Assembly (NCBI RefSeq): GCF_006345805.1
Contig: NC_042998.1
Coordinates: 182,466,001 to 182,530,000, forward strand
Reading direction: 5' to 3'
Source: Octopus sinensis
Lineage: Eukaryota
DNA: 64,000 bases
Shown here: piece after piece, positions 26,065-38,760 of the stretch
Position numbering within the stretch: the stretch's first letter is position 1
How the letters are laid out: every line of letters starts with the position of its first letter
Position numbers and translations under genes: made by a program
Notes under the pieces: model-generated
Databases searched by the model: none
What the model was told of the DNA's origin: nothing
Seen by the model: the letters and a program-made list of their open reading frames with translations, nothing else

Positions 26065-26504
26065 TTTTACTTGCATGGAAATATAGGGAGAAAGTTAGGG
26101 AGTGTCAATGTTCTGAGGATGAAGAATTGGGTTTGATGCATAGTGCAGGGATGTAAAACAAAATGTGGTAGACTGGGGGGAAGATGAGAAAAGGGAGCTT
26201 AGAGTGACTGAGACTAGCCTAGCCAGCTTGCAGGGAGCAGTGACCGGATGGAATTATATGGAAAAGAGGATAAAACAGAAAGTTATTCAATGGGTTCTTA
26301 ACTTCATTTGGATATGTTTTGTTTGAATTTATAGCAATAGACTATTTTGATTGGTTGAAATTCTCTGGTTAACTTCAATCTCTTATCTCTTGTTGCATGT
26401 TAGTGAAATAGTGAAGAAATATTAAGAGAAGGAGAATAAGGAAATGGATAAATTGGGAACACAAAGGGATAACCACTGTTTATTAAAAGTATGCACAGAA
26501 TGGT

Positions 26505-27260
26505 CTAAGAATTGAAGAGGGAGCTGCGGAGGGAGAGAGGGAAGAGAAGAGAGAGAGAGGAAAGAGAAAGAGAGGGGAGTAAGAGAGCGAGAGAGAGGTA
26601 AGAGAAAAAGAGAGAGGGGGAAAGTGGGAGGGTGAGAGAGAAGACGGGAGACTGAGAGAGAAAGAGAGAGAGGGAGAGAGAGAGAGAAAGAAGGGGAGAG
26701 AAAGAAAGAGAGGGGAGAGGAAGAGAGAGAGGGAGAGATAAAGAAGGAGAGAGAAAGAGAGGAGAGAAAGAAAGAGAGGGGAGAGGAAGAGAGAGGCAGA
26801 GAAAGAGGGAGAGAGAAAGAGAGAGAGGGGAGAGAAAGAGATAGAGGGAGAGAGAAAAATAAAGGAGAGAGAAAGAGAGAGGGGAGAGAGAAAGAGAGCG
26901 GGAAGAGAGAAAGAGAAAGTGAGGGAGAGAGAAAGAGAGTGAGAGGAAGGGGAGAGAAAGAAAGAGAGAAGAGAGATGGGGGAGAGATAAAGAGAGAGAA
27001 AGAGGAAGAGAGTGGGGAGAAAGAAAGAGAGGGAGAGAGAAAGAGTGGAAGAGAGAAAGAGTGGAAGAGAGAGAGAAAGAAATGGGATGTGAGAGGGGGA
27101 GGGAGAGGTATGTGGGAGGAGAGGGAGGGAGATGTGGGAAGGGGGAAGAGGTGGTGAGTGAAATGTGTAATTTCATTGAAGAGTGAAAAAAAGGTGAGAA
27201 AAAAAGAGAGTAAGGCAAAGAGTGAGGCAAAGAGAGTAAGGCAAAGGGGGAGAGTGCTGA
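26505..27260. repeat. ~750-bp polypurine (AG/GA-rich) tract
   Basis: Almost exclusively A/G on the plus strand; explains the Ser/Leu-rich ORF. Confidence 0.95.
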
Positions 27261-27850
27261 GTATTAAATATAAAATTATGCATAAAGTATATAAAGCAAA
27301 TATATATAAAGTGCATTATGTAATCATCATATTCCAATTTCCTTCATTTTTTAATGATTAGCAGATGAGTGACTATCTTTTGATACAGACAGAACACAGG
27401 TTATGTTTTCGGGTTTTTTGGATTAAGTTTTCAGAAATAATCTTACAAGTTTACCATTAATTTTGTGAAATATTCACGGGTCCCACTAGTTATTATAAAT
27501 ATACTTATTTTTGGTACGTGTAAACATCATAGAATGGTGGAAAACTCCTATTTTCACTTCTCAGTAGAAGCTATTTCATTGCATAAATCGGACAAGAACA
27601 TATCTATTACATGCACCAGGCCTGAAATTTGGGGGGAAAAGAATAGTCAATTGTATTGGTACCAATACTTGACCAGTACTCTGTTTTATTATCTTTAAGA
27701 AGTTGAAAGGCACTGTTGACCTTATTGAGATTCAAACCTGAAACAAACAGCCAGAAAAAATACTGTAAGGCATTTTCTCCAACATTCTAAGAATTTTGTC
27801 ATTCCATCTCTCAGCAAATTAAATAAACAAGGATCTCAAATTTTGGCACA

Positions 27851-28096
27851 AACTAGCAATTTTAGAGAGAGGGGTTTAGTCAATTACATAGACCCCTGTG
27901 CTGAACTGATACTTATTTTATCAACCCTGAAAGGACAAAAGGCAAAGACTACCTTGGTGGAATTCAAAGTCAGAACTAGCAATTTTAGAGAGAGGGGTTT
28001 AGTCAATTACATAGACCCCTGTGCTGAACTGATACTTATTTTATCAACCCTGAAAGGACAAAAGGCAAAGACCACCTTGGTGGAATTCAAAGTCAG
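27851..28096 (-). repeat. Tandem duplication (2 x 123 bp) of a degenerate SINE A segment
   Basis: 27851-27973 and 27974-28096 are nearly identical. Confidence 0.85.
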
Positions 28097-28469
28097 AACG
28101 TAAAGAGCTAAAAGAAATGTTACTAGCATTTTTGTTGGAAATTTCTGAATGAAATGCTACTAATATTTCTGATGTGCAAATATTTCTAACAGCTTGTTGC
28201 TCTGAATTAAATGAATAGCGATTTCATTATACACAAACCTAAATCCAAGGCTTGGATTAATATCTCCTCAGTTCTGGAGTTGGCAGGATTATCCAGATGT
28301 GATGGGAAGAGACCAGATGGGAAGTAACCAGATTATCCCTGGATAATAGGGAGGTGCCTCATCTGGGACACCAAGGTCTGTGACTCTTTTGTTCCTACCT
28401 TTATCCTGGATACTGGGGTGAATGGGAGGGTTACTGCTTCCATAGCTAAATGAAACAAAACCCTGAAGT

Positions 28470-28740
28470 ATTGGGACCTGGCAGTGAACTATCTCTTCCA
28501 GCCTGAGGCGTTTGAGACATTCAGAGGGACTGGGCCATTAACAGTGAAGTTCTTGTCATCATTGTCAGCTCGCCTCACTAAGGGGTCAGATGATGCCCAT
28601 GAGGGTGCTTGGCTTTTCCAATGCCTTAGCCTCAACATTGCTCGTGGTAATGCCGCGAACATGCTGGCTTGCTTCAGTAGGCTCCGTCAAACCTTGTGGT
28701 GTGTGGCCACCTGAAACACTTGGTGCTGCATTGATGTTTT
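28470..28740 (+). mobile_element. 3' end of a restriction-like-endonuclease LINE (CRE-like)
   Basis: FQPEAFETFRG..FLSSLSARL..LFQCLSLNIARGNA matches the C-terminal ET..G / QR.S...RGNA pattern. Confidence 0.6.
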
Positions 28741-28818
28741 TACTTTCTTTTCTTTCGCCCTTTTTTTTTCGTCTTTCTTTTGTATCATATATGTATCATA
28801 TACATTTGTGTTATATAA

Positions 28819-29050
28819 GGGCGGTGAGATGGCAGAGACGTTAGCACGCCGGGCGAAGTGCTTAGCGGTACTTCGCCCGTCGCTACATTCTGAGTTCAAA
28901 TTGCGCCAAGGTCGACTTTGCCTTTCATCTCTTCAGGGTCGATTAAATAAGTACCAGTTATGCACTGGGGTCGATATAATCGACTTAATCTGTTTGTCTG
29001 TCCTTGTTTGTCCCCTCTGTGTTTAGCTCCTTGTGGGTAATAAAGAAATA
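28819..29050 (+). mobile_element. SINE family A
   Basis: Near full-length copy. Confidence 0.85.
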
Positions 29051-29194
29051 TATATATGTAATAAAAATTACATTATTACTTATTGTCAAACAGACATTAC
29101 AAACTGAAAAAAAATTATATAATAATATAATTACATACAATATAATTGATACTGAATCCCCAGCATGTTTAACCCTATATCTTCAGTGAAATAC

Positions 29195-29278
29195 CTTTTC
29201 CAAGTCATTTCGAAGTTGTAGGTTCTGCATTTGTAACATCATTTTTTCCGCGCTATCTTTCTCCATATATTCAGATTT
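29195..29278 (-). CDS. Minus-strand gene exon, coiled-coil (KSEYMEKDSAEKMMLQMQNLQLRNDLEK)
   Basis: Acceptor tttcatttacag, AAG|GTATTT donor, 84 nt, phase 0 to 0; heptad pattern continues into the next exon. Confidence 0.75.
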
Positions 29279-29974
29279 CTGTAAATGAAATTTACTCTTT
29301 AATATTTCATACTGAAAAATCATTTTTAAACATACTTCTTCAATTGGTTGTACATACTAAAGTGGGCTAAATGGTATACAAAATCATAACTTTACTATCA
29401 TTGTAACACATTATATCATACTATCTATGCCTGATACCTGATCTGTCTCCCACATTCCAAATCTTTTACATTTTTTTTACATTCTCTACACTGTATCTTC
29501 TAGTATCAACTTATTGCTTTTTTCTAATACAGCAGGTGTCATCCAATTATAATACAGTTGAATAATTTCATTTGAAAACACTAGCTTAGCAACTTTACAT
29601 ATTGATCAATGTCCCATCTGTAGTGTTGTGACCTTATTCTTCATCATTTTCTCTTTCTTTGGTTCCAAAAAATGTGATGTGGATCACCAATCCATCTAGG
29701 AGGGTCATTACTGTTTGAATATAAACCAATTCTGACAGTAATGACTTGTTCAAGCCATGCCAATATGGAAAACAAACATAATATGATGATAATGACAAGT
29801 TTATATCTTCATTGTTATGATATATTTACACAATGATTGGAAATGGTTTAAATAACAATTGCTTCATAACTATAGCAATAAAGATTCATTGGACTATTTT
29901 ACCATAGCCTTTTGATTTAGTTTTGCTTTTATTAATTGCATCCTTGATAATTATATCATTATTAGTCATATGCT

Positions 29975-30016
<42 letters not shown>

Positions 30017-30409
30017 ACAATAAGGGTTTAGCAACAAGTTGCTTGACCACATACCGAAAAATTTTAGAAATAGCAGCCAAAGGACTACTATTTCCTTTTT
30101 CTACAAAAATATGTCTCCACAGACAGCAATATTTGTAACTCACATATGGCAAAAATAAAGAAGAAAAACAACGAAATCAAAAAGTCTTCGATTAATTATG
30201 AACGTACGTTTCTGGATTAGAATCATAAGATTCATTTCCCTCATCGACATAATATTCCGATAAATAAATCTAGAAATGCTAGGAAAACTTACCCCTTATA
30301 TTTCCGACGAAGCGTCATCTGAACATATAAAAGTTAATCAGCATATCCACATTTATATAGACGAGTGAATTCGCATTTCCCTCCAAAATTCTACCACCAT
30401 ATATATATA

Positions 30410-30442
<33 letters not shown>

Positions 30443-30856
30443 GTAACATGATCCTAAGCAGGACTGCCACTTTACATGGGAAATAGACTTTTACTAACCA
30501 GTACTATTATTACATATTTCTTGTTCAGAGATTTAAAACTAGTTCTTTTTCTCTTCACGAGATCAGTGACTGTGTGTCACATTAAAAGTGTATACTGTGA
30601 GTGAGGCAAGTTGCTACCATCTCTAGCCAGCGATTGTCCTCCACTGAGGAAGAGAAATAACCCAGAAACCAATGGTCTGCAGGTATCGCTAAAGCTGAAG
30701 GGGGAGCATTAGCTCCTTTGCTCACTGTATATGAACACAGATGATGTGTTGGTAGCCAGCTGGACGAGATGTTTTCCATTTTCCTGGGCATACTCAGTAG
30801 TAACATTGTCCTAAGCAGGATTGCCACTTTATTTTAGCAAATAAACTTTATTATAT

Positions 30857-30913
<57 letters not shown>

Positions 30914-30978
30914 GGAATACTATTCGAAACTTACAGGGAAAAATTCAATTTAGAAATACTAAATCAAGTTTCACAAAA

Positions 30979-31029
<51 letters not shown>

Positions 31030-31074
31030 TAAAATTTATTTATTTATCTAGTTTCAGCTCACAAGCTGTGGCCA

Positions 31075-31120
<46 letters not shown>

Positions 31121-31458
31121 TATATATATATAAATTAGAAAAAAAACACCTTTTATCTTATATCTAATTTTTCTATAATATGTAATTTTCTAGATGGTGT
31201 AATTTAATTTTTCATTACTGAATTGATAAAAGGTGCTTGTTTCTAATTTATATATATATGAGTTGGGACCACTAAGCAACAATAAGTATAAAAGTAATTT
31301 TGTTATCAGGACAAATGGTGTGGATGCACCTAGATCAGTTCACAGTGCCACCTACCTAGACTATATGATACCAGCATTTTGAAGTAGTTGTCTCTAATTC
31401 AGTCACAGATATCAGACAGGTGACACTGCAAACTGATCAAAGAGATTGTTTCTCTTAT

Positions 31459-31490
<32 letters not shown>

Positions 31491-31491
<1 letters not shown>

Positions 31492-32306
31492 TTCGTAGAC
31501 ATAGAGAAAGCCTTTGACAGGGTCCCCCCCCCCCCCGATCTGGTGGTCAATGAGGAAACTAGGGGTAGATGAATGGTTAGTGAGAGCTGTGCAAGCCATG
31601 TACAGGGACACTGTAAGTAAGGTAAGGGTTGGCAACGAGTGCATTGAAGAATTCAAGGTAGAGGTTAGGGTCCACCAGGGTTCAGTCCTCAGCCCCCTCC
31701 TATTTATCATAGTCCTCCAGGCAATACCAGAGGAATTCAAGACAGGATGCCCCTGGGAGCTCCTCTATGCTGATGACCTTGCTCTAATTGCTGAGTCATT
31801 ATCAGAACTAGAGGAGAAGTTTCAAGTGTGGAAACAAGGATTAGAATCGAAGGGCCTTAAAATTAACCTAGCTAAAACCAAAGTCCTAATAAGTAGGAAG
31901 GCAGGCAAACCACAAATCCCTTCAGGTAGATGGCCCTGCTTGATCTGTAGTAGAGGCATAGGTAGAAACTCTATAAGATGTACCCAGTGTAAGCTATGGA
32001 CACATAAAAGATGCAGTAATATCAAAGGAAGGCTAACTGGGAAGATAGATTTTGTATGTGGCAGATGCTTGGGAGCGATAAACACTGAAAATGCGCAGAG
32101 ACCAACTTCCGCCAAATTCCAGGGAGAAAAACTAGAAATTGTTGATAGCTTCCGTTACCTAGGTGACCAAGTCAGTAGTGGGGGCGGGTGTGCTGAAAGT
32201 GTAGCTGCTAGAATAAGAATAGCTTGGGCAAAGCTCGGAGAGCTCTTACCTCTGCTGGTGACAAAGGGCCTCTCGCTCAGAGTAAAAGGTAGACTGTATG
32301 ATGCAG
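31491..32306 (+). mobile_element. RTE-clade LINE fragment (RT domain plus PHD-like finger)
   Basis: DIEKAFDRVP, HQGSVLSPLLF and LLYADDL RT motifs; CxxC..CxxC..HxxC..CxxC at ~31935-32070; truncated at both ends. Confidence 0.92.
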
Positions 32307-33224
32307 GTATTACAATATCATAATCACCATCATTTAGCATCCATGTTCTATGCTGATATGGGTTGGATGGTTTTACAGGAGCTGGTAATCCTGGGGACTG
32401 CACCAAGTTCCATTACCTGCTTAGGCATGTTTTTTATAGCTTGATACCATTTCTAGCACCAACCACTTTACAGAACAGACTGGATGCTTTTTACATGGCA
32501 CCAGCACTGGTGTCACGTAAAAAGCACCCATGTAAAAAGCATTCCTCTCAGAAGTTGTATTGAAGGAGGTGGCTTTGTGCCAGGTGATGAGAAGTTAAGA
32601 TTTAGAGGGACAAAAACAGGCATCTTGCTGTAGAAGAGATAAATGGCTATTCCAGTAAGAGGGAGAGAAAGAACGGGAGAGAGAGAGGGAGAGTGAGAGA
32701 AAGTGACAGTAACAGGGAGCAAGAGTAAGAGAGTGTGAGAGAAAAAGAGATAGTTGTGATGAAGTACCAGGGAATATGTACTCATATATTCGGACCTTAC
32801 TTCTATCCCCACTCTCAAAATATGTTATCCTGTTTCTCCATTTTCTTGCATCTTTATTATTCATCTAATTATCTTCTCTGCTGCTAATTTTTACTCTCAC
32901 CTTGTTTTACAATTTCAGAAATATCATTGATTATCTCTCCTCTTTGACCCCTGTCCAATGTGTTACCTCTGCACCTTATTCAATAAACTAATGAGTAAAA
33001 TTAAAAACTAAACTCATCAGCATTACCAAAGTCAAACAAAAGAATGAGTGCCTATGTTCGGCAAAAAAGTGAGACATAATCTTTATTGATTGAAATCAAG
33101 TTCAGCCAAGAACTGATCCCACCACTTCAAATACTCTTCTGTCTCAGCAATATCCTGGATAATTCCCAACTTAGATGTGATAATTGACTCATAAGAAATG
33201 ATTGGATTGCAACAGTGCCCATAC

Positions 33225-33296
33225 CTGTTTTCCTTGAGCTCCTTTTTGAGGATCCATACCTTTACACAGAAGTAAAGGTGATGAAATTACATAGGT
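33225..33296 (-). CDS. Possible minus-strand gene exon (TYVISSPLLLCKGMDPQKGAQGKQ)
   Basis: Acceptor attctttgcag, CAG|GTATGG donor, 72 nt, phase 0 to 0; a competing donor lies at 33259. Confidence 0.35.
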
Positions 33297-33744
33297 CTGC
33301 AAAGAATGGATTCAAATTTACTCAGATGTAGAGGATAGATTTAGACAATATGATCAAAATTATAAACATAAATTATAATATATAACTTTAAGTCTTATGT
33401 ACATGTATACACACACTTTCATGAACATACACATGACAATAAATACATCCATACACACACACACACACACACGTCTTTCAACCACCAGTAGTTCAACTCA
33501 CTCATCAAAATACTTTATCTGCCATCATTTGATTGACTATTTTGATAAGCCAAGTGATGCTAGAGGCATGAAACCCATATGCACCTTTCAAAGAGAAGCC
33601 AAAAGCTTTATTGATTGATGTTGAAGGTAACAACATTACTTTTGTGGAAGTCCTCAAGACTGAGAGGTGACTGTAACTGAGATACTAAAATGTATGTATA
33701 TATTTATAAAGTGTATGTATATATTTATAAAATGTATGTATATA

Positions 33745-33913
33745 GGCGCAGGACTGGCTGTGTGGTAAGTAGCTTGCTTACCAACCACATGGTTCCGGGT
33801 TCAGTCCCACTGCGTGGCACTTTGGGCAAGTGTCTTCTACTATAGCCTCGGGCCGACCAAAGCCTTGTGAATGGATTTGGTAGACGGAAACTGAAAGAAG
33901 CCTGTCATGTATA

Positions 33914-33974
<61 letters not shown>

Positions 33975-34183
33975 TTGTGTGTCTGTGTTTGTCCTTCCAA
34001 CATCACTTGACAACCGATGCTGGTGTGTTCATGTCACCGTAACTTAGCGGTTCGGCAAAAGAGACCGAAAGAATAAGTACTAGGCTTACAAAGAATAAGT
34101 CCTGGGGTCAATTTGCTCGACTAAAGGCGTTGCTCCAGCATGGCCGCAGTCAAATGACTGAAACAAGTAAAAGAGTAAAAGAG
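33745..34183 (+). mobile_element. SINE family B
   Basis: Full-length copy. Confidence 0.85.
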
Positions 34184-34447
34184 TATATATTCACAAATTT
34201 TCTTGCTATAAAAATACAATATCCACTCTACTAATAACATAACAATGGTATGTTTAACATAAAGATAAAGTAAGAAAGCGGGATTTCTGTGACTATTATA
34301 GTTTTAGTTTGGTTAGAAAACCATAAGATGTAAAACTTGGACATTGACTTCAGAGATTATTTGGCAGATTTAAACGTTGGAGGAAAATAGCTAACAAACA
34401 ATACTTATTTCTTTGAATAATATAATAAAATAAAAAAAGATAAATAC

Positions 34448-34477
34448 CTTAGTTACTGGTGATTTAAAATGTTTGTC
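34448..34477 (-). CDS. Minus-strand gene micro-exon (DKHFKSPVTK)
   Basis: Very long T-tract acceptor, AAG|GTATTT donor, 30 nt, phase 0 to 0. Confidence 0.6.
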
Positions 34478-36208
34478 CTGAAAAAAAAAAAGAAAAAAAA
34501 ATGGAATTTAGCATATGTAATACAATTTAACCAAGTCATGTTTTTAAAATGGATTCTGCTTTTCACAGACAACTGTTATAAGGATTCTCTAAATTATTTG
34601 GTCACAATCTTTTGGTCTTAGTAAGTCTTGATTTTATTTATTAAATTTGTGTGGCACGTAAAAAGCACCATCCGTTCGTGGCCGTTGCCAGCCTCGCCTG
34701 GCCCCCATGCCAGTGGCACGTAAAAAGCACCCACTACACTCATGGAGTGGTTGGCGTTAGGAAGGGCATCCAGCCGTAGAAACATTGCCAGATCAAACTG
34801 GGCCTGGTGCAGCCTTCTGGCTTCCCAGACCCCAGTTGAACCGTCCAACCCATGCTAGCATGGAAAGCGGATGCTAAACGATGATGATGATGATGATGAT
34901 GATAAGTAGTATGTTTGTATATGTACATATTTTCCTTTTACATATACCTTGTAATGACGATGCATTAGGATTTGTGAGTTTAATATTACTCCAAAGAGAA
35001 TATTACATCACAGAGAAGGGAAAGAGACTTAACATGATAAAGGAAGTGATTATTATCTATAACTGCTTCCAATCACAATTGTGATATTTGTAGTGAGAGT
35101 GTTGGGTCAGTAGTTGACTGGGTCAGAGAAGTTATTTTTGTGAAGAGGATTACATTGCTGTGTGTTTCCATAAGTTTGACATGGATCTTCACAGAGAACT
35201 AGATGAGGAGGGTAATGGAAGATTCCTTTGTTGGGCTGAAATGATTGATGGAGTTCCAAACCTATATGTTATCAACATAAACTGTAATGTACCACAGGTT
35301 TATAAAATACAAAATAATAATTATCATAGTCTTAAGAATTTAGTGGTTTTATCAGAATGCTGAAAAGATGATGTTTACATTGCATAGACAGAAGAAAGAA
35401 TGCAGAATACAAGTAGTAGGGATTATTTATTCATTTGAAGCAGATGACTCATTCTATCACTATTCCATGTTTAGTATGGATGTAATGAGTATCCTATTAG
35501 TAATTAAAAAATGTCTTTTAATGAGTATTTGTTCATATGTTTATATATGGACAGAATTTTGAGTTTAAAAGTCTGTACAGCTGAGAAACATTATTCTATA
35601 AGAATAAGGTAAAAGTAAAATACACTTCCTTGCAAAACACAACAGTTGAAATATCACTCTATAACCAAATATATAGAGATCGCAACAGTTACTAGAATGC
35701 AACTATAACAACATCAGGACATGTCACATTATTAGCAAATACCTTACAAGGACTCTACAGCACAGAATTAAAATCATAGATTGTACCAAAATGAAATGTA
35801 CAGAACTGTTAGAAAAAAATATTTAAGTGTACAAATACATAGCACACCCAATCTGTCAAATCTAAATAAAATAAAATTTCCCTCCCTATCTCAATCCTTC
35901 TTGAATCAAAGTGTGGTGTGTTGTTGGTGTGTTTTAGAGTAGGCAAAACAAGGGGTCATGGGAATGATGTTGTAACTGATAAGATTATCCTCACTTAACA
36001 TTGTTTAACAGTTAACTTCTGATTACTTTGAAAGTCTACTTCACATGTACTTCTTTGTGTTGATCTTTGGGTTGTATGCTATTAATATGAATGAATGAAT
36101 GAATGAATGAATGAATGTATGGATGGATGGATGGATGCATGCATGTGTGTGACTGTTCCTTTTGCAATCTATTGAAACCAAAAAGAATACATCCACAATA
36201 AAAATTAC

Positions 36209-36259
36209 CATTTCTGTGTCTGAGAGGAACTCTTTGGATGGCGAGTGACTTCGGCCTTT
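36209..36259 (-). CDS. Minus-strand gene repeat exon (KGRSHSPSKEFLSDTEM)
   Basis: 51 nt, phase 0 to 0, GAAATG|GTAATT end shared with other repeat exons; paralogous to 39617-39673. Confidence 0.7.
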
Positions 36260-36559
36260 CTATAAAATAAACAGAAACAAAAAAAAATTAAAGCTTGAAA
36301 CAACATAGTAAGTCTTACCTTTACTGATCATAGCAAAATACGTTAAAATTTTAATTGCAATAACAATATTTCTATGACAATAAAAGCTAATGTAAATTAG
36401 ACTGAAGGATGGAAGTAATAAAGAAAGGAATACAAGTAGGCTGGAAAAAGGAAAGAAGGTGTTTGCAATGAATGAGAGAAAGAGAAAGAGTTGTAGGTTT
36501 TTATTAATGTATATATATATGTTTTGGGTTCTAGTTTGTTTAATCTGATTAGAGGGTTA

Positions 36560-38250
36560 CCTAGGTTGAGATAGGGTTCTGGTGGTGTATATTGGTGTCA
36601 TAATAGAGAACATCCCAGAGGATACCACCAGACACAATAATTATCATACCATACAATCCAATAATACTACTCTCAGCTCCTTATCAAATGATAATCTTAG
36701 CACCAACTATAATAACAAATTGAACACCGATTCCTCACTAAATTACAATACCCTCATGAGCTCATCTGGAACACCCCCTACAAATCTATGTAGCTTCAGA
36801 CGCCCAACCTCCTGCCCTTTAGATAACCACTGTCTCACTAAAAATACAGTTTATAAGTGCACAGTACAACTAACAACTGTAATTACATTTACATCAGCTC
36901 ATGTAGCACCACCTTCAAAGTTAGGGTGAGCAATCACTACTCTAGCTTCAAATCCCAAATAAAATCTAACAGTACATTGTCATCTCAACTAATGCTTGAT
37001 TCAACCCCTTACACTCTCAAATGATCCATAGTCAACCACACCAAACCTTACAGTAGATATAGCAACAAATGTGACCTCTGCATAGCCGATGTCATGGCTA
37101 TTTGGCAATCCACAGACTGTCTCAATGAACACAGAAGTATAATATTTACCTACAAGCATCAGGCACTAAATCTATTCTCAAAATACAAATAATTACAACC
37201 CCACCCTGCTCTTGTCTCCCCTTAACTCTCATATATATATTTTTTTCCCACTCATCCACCCTCACTACCACCTTGTATTAAACCAACAATATATTTTTCC
37301 CCTTTTAATTCTTTGATCATCATTTCCAAATTTCTCTCTATATCTTTACTTATTTTCCAAAATATTTTTCTTTCTTTTTATTTCAGCTCCCCCTCCTACA
37401 CCCTCCATCCATAAGCTTACAGATACATATGCCTACATATACCTCCATCACATCAGACGCTAAAAAAATTTTTTCTACCACTCGCCTGCTAGTTTCTGCC
37501 TTTGATTACAGCTAGCCAGGCTTGAATTCCTCACCGTACCTTGCTTTATTCACACACACTTTCTTTCTCCTGCCAAATTATTTTCTCATGCTCTCCCTTC
37601 CAATTTGTCTTTCCTTCAAGTACCAATTCCATTACTAAATTCTATGATTCAGCCAAAACTACTATATTATCTACTACTAGTCAACTGACCTAGCCCAATT
37701 CTCTTTCCTCTCACTCCCTTATATTCTTTCTTCTTTCTTCCCTTCTTCTAATACTTATTTCTCCCTACATTTATATACCCCTCTCATACTGTGCCCTTCA
37801 CACATTCTGACTGAATCTTCTTTGCATCAACACATACCTCATTGCGACAATGTAACCTTTAATCTAATCAAGATATCCTTGGCCTGAAGAGAAGCCGGCA
37901 GTATATACCCCACTTGGATTTTACCACTTCCGAGGTTCCACTCGCCATGAAGCATATGCAGCCCGGATTTTTTCGACTTCATTCCATAACTCTTATATTC
38001 TTTTTTGCACACTTGGCAACCCTGGTTGCCAACTGTGGAATATAGAATAACTTTTACTGCTCATTGTTCTACAATAATGAAAAATAATCTGAAACTTTCC
38101 ATCTCAATAAACCAATATTGTTCCTAAATGTTGTTTCTTTATATTTACTACGAATTGCTTGAAGCTAACTTTCTTCCAATGCCTTGATCCCTGGATCTTA
38201 CATTTATATTTTTAAGCAGCATCGATTTTTACCTACTTTTTTCCGTCGAG
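36560..38250 (+). mobile_element. Decayed Penelope-like element 3' part (GIY-YIG remnant plus terminal region)
   Basis: SCPLDNHCLTKNTVYKCTV..YISSCSTTFKVRVSNH..CDLC resembles the PLE endonuclease region. Confidence 0.6.
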
Positions 38251-38335
38251 GGCTTATATGCCCCATTATTAGACTATTTTCTTTAGTCATTGTGCGGTGA
38301 TCACTTATATGCTTTTAAGCATATAAAATACTCTC

Positions 38336-38548
38336 TCTCTTTTTACTCTTTTACTTGTTTCAGTCATTTGACTGCGGCCATGCTGTAGCATCGACTTTTA
38401 GTCGAGCAAATCGACCCCAGGTCTTATTCTTTGTCACCCTTGTACTTATTCTATTGGTCTCTTTTTGCCGAACCGCTAAGTTATGGAGTCGTAAACACAC
38501 CAGCATCAGTTATCAAGCGATGTTGGGGGGACAAACACAGACAGACAA

Positions 38549-38593
<45 letters not shown>

Positions 38594-38760
38594 TAGGACG
38601 GGCTTCTTTTCAGTTTCCGTCTACCAAATCCACTCACAAGGCTTTGGTCGGCCCGAGGCTATAGTAGAAGACACTTGCCCATGGTGCCACGCAGTGGGAC
38701 TGAACCCGGAACCATGTGGTTCGTAAGCAAGCTACTTACCACACAGCCACTCCTGTGCCT
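38336..38760 (-). mobile_element. SINE family B
   Basis: Full-length reverse copy. Confidence 0.85.

Noticed and set aside
26505-27230. 241-aa Ser/Leu/Pro ORF
   Set aside because: Product of the polypurine tract.
27851-28096. Direct repeats as possible CRISPR-like array
   Set aside because: Only two adjacent copies with no spacers; SINE-derived eukaryotic sequence.
36319-36401. 83-nt minus-strand exon-like segment with good AG and GTAAGA sites
   Set aside because: Stop in phase 0 and incompatible with the phase-0 chain; would leave only a 59-nt intron. At most a poison exon.
37880-37990. CTGAAGAG hammerhead-like start in the decayed PLE end
   Set aside because: No properly placed GAAA or paired stems.
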